From the IMG/VR virus record IMGVR_UViG_3300014970_000025: 15,433 nt of DNA; one strand, given 5' to 3'. Source of the stretch: a virus (lineage: Duplodnaviria; Heunggongvirae; Uroviricota; Caudoviricetes). The translations under genes were made by a program, and so were the position numbers. This document shows, one piece after another, positions 7,517-15,433 of the stretch (positions are counted from its first letter, which is position 1; each line of letters starts with the position of its first letter). The notes under the pieces are model-generated. The model searched no databases, had not been told where the DNA came from, and worked only from the letters and a program-made list of their open reading frames with translations.

Positions 7517-8401
7517 AATTTTAGGGGTAGATAAAAAGATTTTAGTTGGTGTTAATCCTTCTACTGTCATAAATCCCTGCATATGGAAGGTGATAGCCTC
7601 AAAGGTTGAGTGGCATTAACCTCTAACAAATATTACCTTCCATCTCTCAAGAAGTTTTAGAATAATCATAACTCCCTCTTTGATTGTTGATTGTTTCTAC
7701 GTTGTGTTGATGAATGTTGTTAGGCATTGTGCTTAATTTTGATAAAAGCGGGTAGGTGTTATCTCCTTGCCCTTCCCGCTCTTATTTTTCATCTATGCTT
7801 ATCCTAAAGCTCCTTATTTTGTCCGAAAACATTAAAGAGCCTTACACTGATAGTTATATTTTATAACTATTTACTAACATCATTAAACTCTTATTTAATG
7901 ACGGAAGTTAGTAACAGAATAATCTATTAAGTTGTTGTCAAAAAACTATCATCTGCATAGCGTTAGCCGCAAGTAGAGAGAGTTTAGCTAAGAATGGTGC
8001 AATAAACTTTGGAAATATTGATAGCAAAACGGGTTTTATAGAATGCGGATCTATAAGCTTTGGTTGTAAAAACGATTTTCTGAAACGGTAGATTACTGTT
8101 GGTGTAGTTAATCCTATTAAAATTTGATCTGTGAGTAGATTAGAATTGGAATAGTGATTCCTTAAAGCCTTACTTTGTTGCATCCACAGCAAAAACAGGC
8201 AGCGGTTTAGCCCCCGCATCGAATAGCAGGATCGTAGATTCCAAAGGGTTGGCCCCTCCTAAGAGCCAATTTCTCCTGCGGTCCTGTTATTCACCCTTAA
8301 CATATCTCTAAGCGTATTTATAAAAGTATTCTTAGAGATAACGTTAAACCTCCTCAAAGTTGACTTATCACAATATGTATTTTGCCCGATACAAAATAAA
8401 T

Positions 8402-8452
8402 AAGCCCCTTGCTATTGTTGATTGAACCTCTTATAGCCTGGGGCTTTTTATT
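8402..8452 (+). terminator. stem-loop followed by T-run (possible intrinsic terminator or RNA 3' structure)
   Basis: AAGCCCC (8402-8408) pairs with GGGGCTT (8440-8446), followed by TTTTATT; loop is long (31 nt) so classification is tentative. Confidence 0.3.
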
Positions 8453-8480
8453 ACTCGGAACATAACGGAATCGTTATTTT

Positions 8481-8690
8481 ATGAAACAAGAAATTATCCT
8501 GAAATATGGCAATGAAAAGTTAACACTAACTGAGGATGTGTTGAATGCTACAGCCTACGCGCTTGGCATCACTCCTACAGAATTAAAGAAACAGTGTGAA
8601 CGTCTTTATAAGGCTGACAGCAATAAACCATCTCACCAAGATTTGATTAATGCTAAAGCTCAACAAATCAAACAATCTAAGGAAAAATAA
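8481..8690 (+). CDS. small hypothetical protein (69 aa), possible HTH-like segment
   Basis: Stop overlaps the start of the next gene (TAATG at 8688-8692). Segment ATAYALGITPTELKKQ is HTH-like. No family assigned. Confidence 0.5.
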   Translation: MKQEIILKYGNEKLTLTEDVLNATAYALGITPTELKKQCERLYKADSNKPSHQDLINAKAQQIKQSKEK

Positions 8691-9064
8691 TGGCTATTTT
8701 AAAATTAAGCGATGTTTTCCCACATCGTAAAAGCATCACTGACGTAGTGAGCTATGCAACCGACCCTTACGCGGCTGTAGAAAGCAAAAAATTTGCAGCA
8801 CTTGCACAAGATGTAACGTGCGGCGACCTCATTGATTCATCCGGCGCTAAATATGTTAGCGGCGCTGATGTTCTTGTCGTTGTGTCTGACTTCGTAACTG
8901 CTGATTCAAATAAAACAGTTAACGTGCTTCGTGCTAATGCCGGACTCGTTTGCATCAAAGCTGATGCCCTGAATGCCGAAGGCGCTGTAAAAGAAGCTGC
9001 TATTGCAGCTCTCGCTGCTAAAGGCTTCCAGCTTGAAGGCTTCCACTCTGTTTTCACATCTTAA
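8690..9064 (+). CDS. putative head decoration protein (lambda gpD/SHP-like position and size, 124 aa)
   Basis: SD AAGGA; lies immediately upstream of an E-like major capsid gene, as D does in lambdoid head modules; size typical; Ala/Val/Gly-rich. Assignment rests mainly on synteny and composition. Confidence 0.45.
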   Translation: MAILKLSDVFPHRKSITDVVSYATDPYAAVESKKFAALAQDVTCGDLIDSSGAKYVSGADVLVVVSDFVTADSNKTVNVLRANAGLVCIKADALNAEGAVKEAAIAALAAKGFQLEGFHSVFTS

Positions 9065-9080
9065 GAAGGAATAAATAATA

Positions 9081-10109
9081 ATGATTATCGGAAATGAAGT
9101 GGTTGATCTTGCTCCACTGTTTGAATTAAACGATACCCGTAACTATCTGCTGTCTACTCTGGATTTTACTGATCCTGTGCCTGTAGAAAGTCACAAAGTG
9201 GCTGTTTCCCAGCTTATCGAGAGCAATGAATCTCTGTTCAACCATCCTACAAGCCGTTTTAGCTCTGAGCATAACGTTACTAAACGTGAAAACGCGGAAG
9301 AGTGGCTGATTGAAATTCCTTATTTCCTGCGTGAAGACCTGATCACACCGCAGGACGTGCAAGGCAAACGAAAAGCCGGAAGCTCTATTGAAGAAACACT
9401 GCCGGATCTGTATGCGGAATATATCGCTAAACACAATGTTGCATTCCAGCGCACTAAAGAAAGCATCCTCGCGGCTTCTCTGTTCTCTGGCAAGACGCAT
9501 ACCCCGAAAACTGACGATGTTCTGATCGACTACAGCACTCTGTTCGGTGTGTCTCCAATGACTGCAACCGTTGACGCATCCAGCACCAACACAATGACTG
9601 TGTTCAAACAGTTTGACCAGATGCATACGGATATGATTGCTAAAGCACAAAGCCAGGCTGCAACCATTGAGCGTGTTGTTGTGTTCTGTAAGCCTGCGGC
9701 ATTCAACGCTATTCGTTACAGCGTTGGCATGGTTAATGCGTTCCAATATGCAAGCCCTGTAGACGATGCAAACGTGGTGTTTAATGTGCGCTCTCTGCTG
9801 CCTGGTGTAACTACTTTCACCATTCCAGGAACTAACATTGATCTGATCAAAGTGACTGATCCGCTGCTGCTGGCACATATGACCGCAGACGCTGTAGCTG
9901 TTCCTAAATTCGCTAAAGGTGCAGGTGTTTACCAATCTATTTATGGCGCTCCTTCCAGTTCCTTCGATCTGCTGTCTCAAGGCGCTAAAGAGTATTACAG
10001 CTATGCTTTCGAATCGAATCGCGGCGACGCAGTGCACGTAGTGACCGAGAATAGCTCGCTTGTGGTTAACCACGGTGTTGGCTTCTCTGTGCAGATCACA
10101 GTAGCGTAA
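9081..10109 (+). CDS. phage major capsid protein, lambda gpE-like family (342 aa)
   Basis: SD AAGGAA; length nearly identical to lambda gpE (341 aa); C-terminus ...VVNHGVGFSVQITVA resembles gpE ...DPDEFVSVQLA and internal ERVVVFCKPAAFNAIRYS resembles gpE NIIVFDPKGWALFRSF (by recall). Confidence 0.8.
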   Translation: MIIGNEVVDLAPLFELNDTRNYLLSTLDFTDPVPVESHKVAVSQLIESNESLFNHPTSRFSSEHNVTKRENAEEWLIEIPYFLREDLITPQDVQGKRKAGSSIEETLPDLYAEYIAKHNVAFQRTKESILAASLFSGKTHTPKTDDVLIDYSTLFGVSPMTATVDASSTNTMTVFKQFDQMHTDMIAKAQSQAATIERVVVFCKPAAFNAIRYSVGMVNAFQYASPVDDANVVFNVRSLLPGVTTFTIPGTNIDLIKVTDPLLLAHMTADAVAVPKFAKGAGVYQSIYGAPSSSFDLLSQGAKEYYSYAFESNRGDAVHVVTENSSLVVNHGVGFSVQITVA

Positions 10110-10273
10110 AAAGTGTTAAAGACGTTCCCCTACGTCTGGAAATAATCGGGGGGCAATAAGGGTAAGGAGATTAACTAACCTGTAGGCGCAAATACAGTAA
10201 CGAATCTCTTTGCCCTTTTTGTTTTTCTACTGTCTACAAATCCAAATAAAAATATATATGTGAGAGAAAACCA

Positions 10274-10471
10274 ATGAACACAGAAAATTCACAGGCATTA
10301 ATTCTTAAATCTGTAAAAGAACTGGCAGCTATTAGCGATGACTCAATAATCAATGTCAGTGCCTTATGCAGAATGCTTTCAATTGATGCAAATAATGTGC
10401 GGCAGCGTGTGTTTCAGACCGGGTGCAGCACTTTCGAAGCAATCCAATATTATTGTTCTAAAAAACAATAA
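10274..10471 (+). CDS. small hypothetical protein (65 aa)
   Basis: Weak SD; segment VSALCRMLSIDANNVRQR is HTH-like; uncertain. Confidence 0.35.
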   Translation: MNTENSQALILKSVKELAAISDDSIINVSALCRMLSIDANNVRQRVFQTGCSTFEAIQYYCSKKQ

Positions 10472-10505
10472 CAAACAACAATCATAATACAGGGAAACAA
10501 TCAGT

Positions 10506-12347
10506 ATGTTAGAACTAAACGTGGCACGCCTCTCGAACGTTGTCACCTTCGAAGTTAACCGACCATCATTAGAGAAAGCAAAAGCAGAAGTAGAAAAACT
10601 TCGTAAACAAATGGCGGCGGTGAAAGATATAGAATTGCGTGTTAAGACACATAAACAATCAACCGCTAAAGCAAAAAAAGACGTAGACGATATTGCTAAA
10701 AAGCAAGCACAGGCAGATAAAGCCAATGCTAAAGCACAATTAGCCGCTCAACGTGTAGTTGCAAGAGAACAAAAAGCCCTGGCAGCACGGAAAGAGAAGG
10801 CTGAATTAAAGCTTTTAGACGTTGGAGCAAGCATTAGCGCATTGCACCGTCTTTCTGTAGCGGAACAATATAAAGCTATTGCACAGGCTAGAGAAATTGC
10901 CCTCCAATATGAAAGAGGCGCTATTAGTCTGGCACGTATGAATAGCCAAATGAAACGCCTACAACAGCAACAACGTAAGATTAATGGCAATCGTAACGCT
11001 CACGCTAAAGCCTATGCACCTGTTAAGGGTAGCGGGAGTATTGGCGGCGGTGCTGCGGCTGTTATGCTGGGTGGCTTAGGCGCTGGCGCTGCATATATGG
11101 CTATGAGCAAAGCTTCTGAATTTGTTACTAACAGCTTTGCGAATGCTGAAACGCTGGGAGAATTGTATAGCCGTGCGAAGCTGGGCGGTGTAGACGTTAA
11201 CCAGATGAACAATATTGAGCAATGGGCGTATAAAAACGGCGTTGATTCAATGATGGGGGATCAAGGTAAACGTAAGTATCTCGATCAGATGAAAGATGTG
11301 CGTGAGCGTGCAACCAAAAGCTATGATGAGGCTGAATATGTAGTCGATAAAAAAACAGGCAAAGGTGAATGGAAGGGCGGCGATAGCGGCATCAACGTTC
11401 TCATGAACGAAGGATTCTTAACTAAGAAAGATTTGAAAGACTTTGCTGATAATCCTGCTGGCCTGGTTAGTAAAGCAGTTCAGGGAATGGTAGCTAAAGG
11501 CTATTCAGATGCACAAATCGGTAGTCGTCTTGAAGACTTGGGCGATGATTTGATGCTCACCTCTAAATACTGGACACGCTCCGCTAAAGAAGTGGAACAA
11601 TCAGCACGAGAACAACGAGAATCAGGGCGCTGGGTAACACAGGCACAACAGGAAAGCGTTATTAAATTCCGTGAACTGAATAATGCACTTAGTGGGCTTT
11701 CTGACTCACAAGGGATCGCCTTTGTTGATGGCTTTATGAAATCTCTTGATCCGAAAGTGATTGAAGAGTTTAAAAAGAGCATGGTTGCAATGCTGCCAAT
11801 GTTTACCAAATTAGGCGAGGCTATCGGCGGATTGGTTAACGCTGTAATGAAAGCAATCAACTGGCTGATGAAAAACGACGAGAAGACGGCAGCTATTCAG
11901 AAGAATTTAGGTGATGCACCGCCACTATCTAACGAAGGAATGAAGCAGAATCTTTCTAATCTCACTCCTGATCAATATAAAGGCGCTGGCACCGGAACAA
12001 CTAAGCCAGATAACAGCAATTCCCTGGTTAACACTATTAAAAGCTGGTTTATGCCAGAAGAAACGGTAGGTGGGGCGCAGGCTGTAAATCAATACAGTCT
12101 CGAAGGACAAAACATTGCAAATCTGAAACAGAGTGCAGCACAACAAGCTTTCAAGGCTCCTTCTTACACCTTTGCACCTGTTATTAACTTCAATCCAGAA
12201 TTACAAGTAAATGCAGAAGTGCCGCTAACTATCGAATCAGACACCGGACGATTGAGCGAATTTATCGACTTCAAATCAAAGGCATCCTCCGCTGAGTTTA
12301 GCAAGCTATTAACGCTGGGTGTTATGTCAGGCGGGTCAACCTATTAA
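10506..12347 (+). CDS. tape-measure-like protein: long Lys/Ala/Gln coiled-coil N-terminus, Gly-rich hydrophobic segment, large C-terminal region (613 aa)
   Basis: Residues ~20-170 are heptad-like charged helix (EKAKAEVEKLRKQ...KAQLAAQRVVAREQKALAARKEKAELK), followed by GSGSIGGGAAAVMLGGLGAGAAYMAMS (membrane-like). This architecture is typical of phage tail tape-measure or ejection proteins. No enzymatic motif seen. Confidence 0.5.
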   Translation: MLELNVARLSNVVTFEVNRPSLEKAKAEVEKLRKQMAAVKDIELRVKTHKQSTAKAKKDVDDIAKKQAQADKANAKAQLAAQRVVAREQKALAARKEKAELKLLDVGASISALHRLSVAEQYKAIAQAREIALQYERGAISLARMNSQMKRLQQQQRKINGNRNAHAKAYAPVKGSGSIGGGAAAVMLGGLGAGAAYMAMSKASEFVTNSFANAETLGELYSRAKLGGVDVNQMNNIEQWAYKNGVDSMMGDQGKRKYLDQMKDVRERATKSYDEAEYVVDKKTGKGEWKGGDSGINVLMNEGFLTKKDLKDFADNPAGLVSKAVQGMVAKGYSDAQIGSRLEDLGDDLMLTSKYWTRSAKEVEQSAREQRESGRWVTQAQQESVIKFRELNNALSGLSDSQGIAFVDGFMKSLDPKVIEEFKKSMVAMLPMFTKLGEAIGGLVNAVMKAINWLMKNDEKTAAIQKNLGDAPPLSNEGMKQNLSNLTPDQYKGAGTGTTKPDNSNSLVNTIKSWFMPEETVGGAQAVNQYSLEGQNIANLKQSAAQQAFKAPSYTFAPVINFNPELQVNAEVPLTIESDTGRLSEFIDFKSKASSAEFSKLLTLGVMSGGSTY

Positions 12348-12357
12348 TCATCACTGT

Positions 12358-12373
12358 GGGGCTGTTTAGCCCC
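12358..12373 (+). terminator. GC-rich hairpin GGGGCT-gttt-AGCCCC with weak U-tract
   Basis: Perfect 6-bp stem, 4-nt loop, 10 nt after the stop of the 613-aa gene; followed by CTTAAAT rather than a strong T-run. Confidence 0.35.
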
Positions 12374-12394
12374 CTTAAATAAGGATTACAAATT

Positions 12395-13072
12395 ATGGCA
12401 ATGGGTCCGTTAACCATTGGTCGCCCGACTGAGGCGAAAATCAACAGCACAAGCAACGATAGCAACGGTAGAACAACCAAAGGGGGTAACGGCTTTGCGA
12501 TCATTGCCTCTAACCTCGGCAGTGGTGCAAATGCTGCTTACAATGACTACCAGGCATTATCATTTGATAGCGTGGAATCGACGAAAGTTAGCAGAAATGC
12601 GGACGTTACAAGCTATGCCGTCGAATCAGGATCAGAAGTTAGTGATCATGTTCAAATACGGAATAACAAGTTCACATTACAAGGGCGTATCTCTGAAACC
12701 GTATTGAAGCTCAATCCCGATATGATTAAGAATGCGGGAATTAACGGCAATAGACGTATGCTTATGCTTGAATACCTAAATCAGTTGATGGACAGTCGCC
12801 AACCTTTCCTACTTGTCACTGAGTTAAAAAATTATGACAACGTTGTGTTAGTTGGCATGTCTTACGAAGAAGAAGCAAGCGAAAGTATATTGTTTACTCT
12901 TGATTTTGAGCAAATTCGTCTTGTCTCTAAGGCCACCACTAATGCTATTGCTGTAAAAACAGCACCAAATAAATCTGTAGGGGGACAGGTTAAAATGCAG
13001 GTAAATACAACAGAACAGAAAAATCAAAAAAGCCCAGGGCAAGACGTTGTAACACCAGTATTTAAACAATAG
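12395..13072 (+). CDS. hypothetical protein (225 aa), Ser/Thr/Asn-rich N-terminus; possible virion-associated protein
   Basis: SD AAGGA 9 nt upstream; follows the tape-measure-like gene; no family recognised. Confidence 0.6.
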   Translation: MAMGPLTIGRPTEAKINSTSNDSNGRTTKGGNGFAIIASNLGSGANAAYNDYQALSFDSVESTKVSRNADVTSYAVESGSEVSDHVQIRNNKFTLQGRISETVLKLNPDMIKNAGINGNRRMLMLEYLNQLMDSRQPFLLVTELKNYDNVVLVGMSYEEEASESILFTLDFEQIRLVSKATTNAIAVKTAPNKSVGGQVKMQVNTTEQKNQKSPGQDVVTPVFKQ

Positions 13073-13153
13073 CCTTAAACGCCTATGAAACGCTCTGTAA
13101 CGATGTAATTATAAAAGAGGCTACCAATCTATGTTGAAGCCTCCTTATTACGT

Positions 13154-14488
13154 CTATGGCGTTGTTTTACGCCTTAAATTTGATTTTTTATTGATTGATA
13201 AGCCTTTCTCTATTTCAGGGTAGCGTAAAAGCTCAATATATTTTTTAAGCTCTACTGGAGAAGCTGCATTTTTGCTATATGTGCGGAATGTTTCTGTATT
13301 GCCGCGTGTATGGCCCAGGAGAAGGGCGATCCTGTCTTCTGGAATTTGATTTCGATCAAGAAGCTGTGCTACTCCGTGTCTCAGAGAATGAAACACTTTC
13401 CTTTCTGTTCCCTTTTCCCCTAAAGCCTTTCGTTTAGCTCTTGTAAATCGTTGTGTATGCCACGTAGAGCGTTTACCGTCAGCACGTTCTGTAATGCTGG
13501 CGTGATAGAACAAAAAGCCATTGTGAGGCTTTTCACGCAGCGACAACACCAACGGAGTGATAAGGCTATGTACAGGCACAACACGTGCCGCTGCTTTCGT
13601 CTTTCCCTGTGTGATTTCAAAACACAGCACACCTTCGATCTCTTTCACATCGTCTATTGTGAGACTTGCTATCTCATTGATCCGCATACCTGTATATAAA
13701 CCGATAAGACACAAAGCCGTCATTTCTTTGTTTTCTGCTGAATTACCGGAAAATACTTGCAACACCTGCAATAGCTCTTTGTTAGAAAATGCCTCGTAGC
13801 TCTCTCTACTTTGTGCCACATCAAGCCTATGCCCTCGCCAGGGGGAGAGCGCCCTTTCTGGCGCATCGTGGTAACGTGATGAAGCTAACTCCCATAGCTG
13901 GGCCATTGGGCTGATATAATTTGCAATTGATTGTTGTGAAAGAGTTTTTTGCATGTGTTCAATCCAGCCTGTAACAGTGGTGCGGCTTACGTCTTGCAAT
14001 GCAATATCAGGCTTTTTACGGTAGGAGAGAAACATCTCTACCGCTTTTCTTGCCTTAGCTAAAGTGGCTGGCTTCTTCTTCGTGCTGTTAATTGTCAGGT
14101 AGATTTCAAGAATTTTAAGCAATGACGGACACGAAGACGCTGTATCTTGCATTCTGGTAGCTGTTTTGGCGTATTTAGCCTTACTGCGTAACAGTTCCAG
14201 CGTGTTTTCTATTGTGCTGTTTACAGGGGCAACACTCTCCCGTAAGCAATGGTATTCATCTGCAATCTGATCACGCTTTCTACGTGCAACACGAAGATTA
14301 CTTGTGTGCAGACTTCTGACAAACGTCCTTTTTCCTTCAAAAAAGGGCTGCATATACACAGGCAGCGTGATCCTTAAATAGTAGTTACCGTAAGAATCAC
14401 AGATTAAGTATTGGTTAGGCTTGTATCTCATAAAATCTCCGGCTAAAGTGTCGGAGCGTTTGTAATGTGAAAATTGATTGTGACGCAT
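13154..14488 (-). CDS. tyrosine site-specific recombinase (phage/P4-type integrase, 444 aa; alternative start at 14431)
   Basis: Catalytic-domain motifs TGMRINE (Arg), HSLRHGVAQ (His-x-x-Arg), LLGHTRGNTETFRTYSK (His, Tyr nucleophile); N-terminal YLRITLP...FFEGKRTFVRSL typical of tRNA-site integrases; lies adjacent to a tRNA-Thr-derived repeat. Confidence 0.9.
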   Translation of the reverse strand: MRHNQFSHYKRSDTLAGDFMRYKPNQYLICDSYGNYYLRITLPVYMQPFFEGKRTFVRSLHTSNLRVARRKRDQIADEYHCLRESVAPVNSTIENTLELLRSKAKYAKTATRMQDTASSCPSLLKILEIYLTINSTKKKPATLAKARKAVEMFLSYRKKPDIALQDVSRTTVTGWIEHMQKTLSQQSIANYISPMAQLWELASSRYHDAPERALSPWRGHRLDVAQSRESYEAFSNKELLQVLQVFSGNSAENKEMTALCLIGLYTGMRINEIASLTIDDVKEIEGVLCFEITQGKTKAAARVVPVHSLITPLVLSLREKPHNGFLFYHASITERADGKRSTWHTQRFTRAKRKALGEKGTERKVFHSLRHGVAQLLDRNQIPEDRIALLLGHTRGNTETFRTYSKNAASPVELKKYIELLRYPEIEKGLSINKKSNLRRKTTP

Positions 14489-14528
14489 AGAAAATGATTA
14501 TTTTTCTATAAGATTCAATCAATTAGTA

Positions 14529-14591
14529 ATGGTCGTAGGTGATGGCATTAACACGAGATTAATCGAGTGTTTTACTCCTATTATCGCACCA
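14529..14591 (+). pseudogene. degenerate tRNA-Thr 3'-end copy (ptwF-like att remnant)
   Basis: GGTCGTAGGT (14531-14540) ... ACTCCTATTATCGCACCA (14574-14591) matches the thrW 3' end except for a ~33-bp insertion replacing the T-loop and one missing G; same orientation as the 2339-2384 copy. Confidence 0.6.
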
Positions 14592-14717
14592 TTAAAATCA
14601 AAGAGTTACCCCATATTTAAATACACCACGTTTCCTCCTGTGCCGCATTTGTGCCATTGTAACCTTGGCAATTCATCAAAATACTGTTCTGACATCAGGC
14701 AGTGCAGGTGCAGCTAT

Positions 14718-15128
14718 TTAAACCAATTGCTGCCGCCATTCTTTGACGTAGTCAATCAGGGCGCGGAGCTTTGGTGCAATATTGCGACGCTGTGGGAAAT
14801 ACAGATAGAAGCCCGGAAATTGTGGAAGAAAGTCATCAAGCAGCGATACAAGCTTACCGCTTTCAATATATGGCCTGAAAGTTTCCTGAGTGGCAATTGT
14901 TATTCCTCCGCCGGCAAGAGCCAGCCTCAACATCAGACGCAGATCATTAGTCGTAATCTGCGGTTCAATCGCAAGGTCGAAAGTTCTCCCGTTTTCTTCA
15001 AATGGCCAGCGATAAGGCGCAACCTCCGGGGACTGACGCCAGCCGATACACTTATGGGTATTTCCCCCGGAGGCGAGAAAGCGCTCTCCACGCCCGGCCG
15101 CAAGGATCAGGACGACGGGGGCAGGCAT
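14718..15128 (-). pseudogene. LysR-family transcriptional regulator, C-terminal substrate-binding-domain fragment (no HTH)
   Basis: C-terminus ...LALAGGGITIATQETFRPYIESGKLVSLLDDFLPQFPGFYLYFPQRRNIAPKLRALIDYV is a typical LysR C-terminal end. The N-terminal HTH is absent because the upstream gene ends at ~15104. Consistent, from memory, with the yagP pseudogene next to ptwF in E. coli K-12. Confidence 0.65.
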
Positions 15129-15433
15129 GAATCCTCCTCCTGATGGAGACGTACAGAGGCGACTTCTGCCAGCACGGAGAGTGCCAGAGTATGCGCATCC
15201 CGGGCTTTGGGGAATATCCCGACGGGTGCCCGGATTTGCGTTGTTTCCTCCCTGGACCATCCCAGCTCGTGGAGCTTTTGCAGACGTAACGTGTGGGTTC
15301 GATAGCTGCCCAATGCGCCGAGATAAAAGGGTTTTGCTTCTCGCGCGGCCTGCAACACTGGCAGCTCCCGGTTGAGATCATGGCACAGCAAAATGACCGC
15401 CGTGTCGGTATCGATCTGAGCGCTGGCTGAGGC
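15104..15433 (-). CDS. XdhC/CoxI-family molybdenum-cofactor insertion chaperone (PaoD-like), C-terminal part; gene continues beyond window end
   Basis: Minus-strand frame is open to the window edge: ...DTDTAVILLCHDLNRELPVLQAAREAKPFYLGALGSYRTHTLRLQKLHELGWSREETTQIRAPVGIFPKARDAHTLALSVLAEV, characteristic of XdhC C-terminal domain; GC-rich, core-genome-like composition. Confidence 0.7.

Noticed and set aside
8360-8388. TTGACT at 8360 as a promoter for the head genes
   Set aside because: No acceptable -10 hexamer at 16-18 bp spacing (TGCCCG or similar), so not called.
9126-10073. 315-aa ORF on the minus strand
   Set aside because: Entirely antisense to the well-supported major capsid gene; no Shine-Dalgarno; Cys/His/Arg-rich composition typical of a spurious antisense frame.
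10379-12504. Several 60-120-aa minus-strand ORFs (10379-10726, 10748-10990, 11012-11212, 11501-11860, 11925-12146, 12322-12504)
   Set aside because: All lie antisense within the 613-aa gene or its borders, have low-complexity Cys/Ala/Leu-rich products and no ribosome-binding sites.
13420-13799. ORFs 13420-13632 (-), 13451-13699 (+), 13557-13799 (+)
   Set aside because: Embedded in alternative frames of the integrase gene, which has clear catalytic motifs; treated as frame artefacts.
14529-15375. ORFs 14529-15143 (+), 15127-15375 (+) and 15052-15381 (-)
   Set aside because: They overlap the LysR fragment and the XdhC-family gene in other frames and are Pro/Arg/Cys-rich as expected of GC-rich antisense frames; the + strand ORF would run through the degenerate tRNA fragment.

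Overview
The window appears to be an enterobacterial (E. coli-like) tRNA-Thr (thrW-type) integration hotspot. Left flank (1-2338): an AT-rich region, an AppY/EnvY-like AraC-family regulator gene, and a truncated IS3-family (IS2-like) transposase remnant. At 2339-2384 lies a perfect copy of the 3' 46 nt of tRNA-Thr(CGU), with no 5' half. A degenerate copy of the same tRNA 3' end sits at 14529-14591, next to a tyrosine integrase gene (13154-14488, minus strand). Between the two copies is a ~12.1 kb AT-rich element with nearly all genes on the + strand: an Arc-like ribbon-helix-helix regulator, a winged-HTH (replication-initiator-like) protein, several small hypothetical proteins, a lambda D-like head decoration gene, a lambda E-like major capsid gene, and a 613-aa coiled-coil/Gly-rich tape-measure-like protein. 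No terminase, portal, protease or tail tube/sheath genes are present. Right flank: a LysR-family fragment and the C-terminal part of an XdhC-family (PaoD-like) gene, matching from memory the ptwF-yagP-paoD arrangement of E. coli K-12. The most unusual aspect is that roughly 3.8 kb of the element has no convincing ORF yet sits downstream of three near-consensus sigma-70 promoters and is packed with iteron-like repeats, a 44-bp direct-repeat pair flanking tandem G-tract hairpins, and recurring short motifs. I read this as a candidate phage satellite or cryptic phage-derived element with large RNA- or DNA-structure-based functional regions (origin, packaging or ncRNA). All product calls come from reading the translations by eye; no database search was run.
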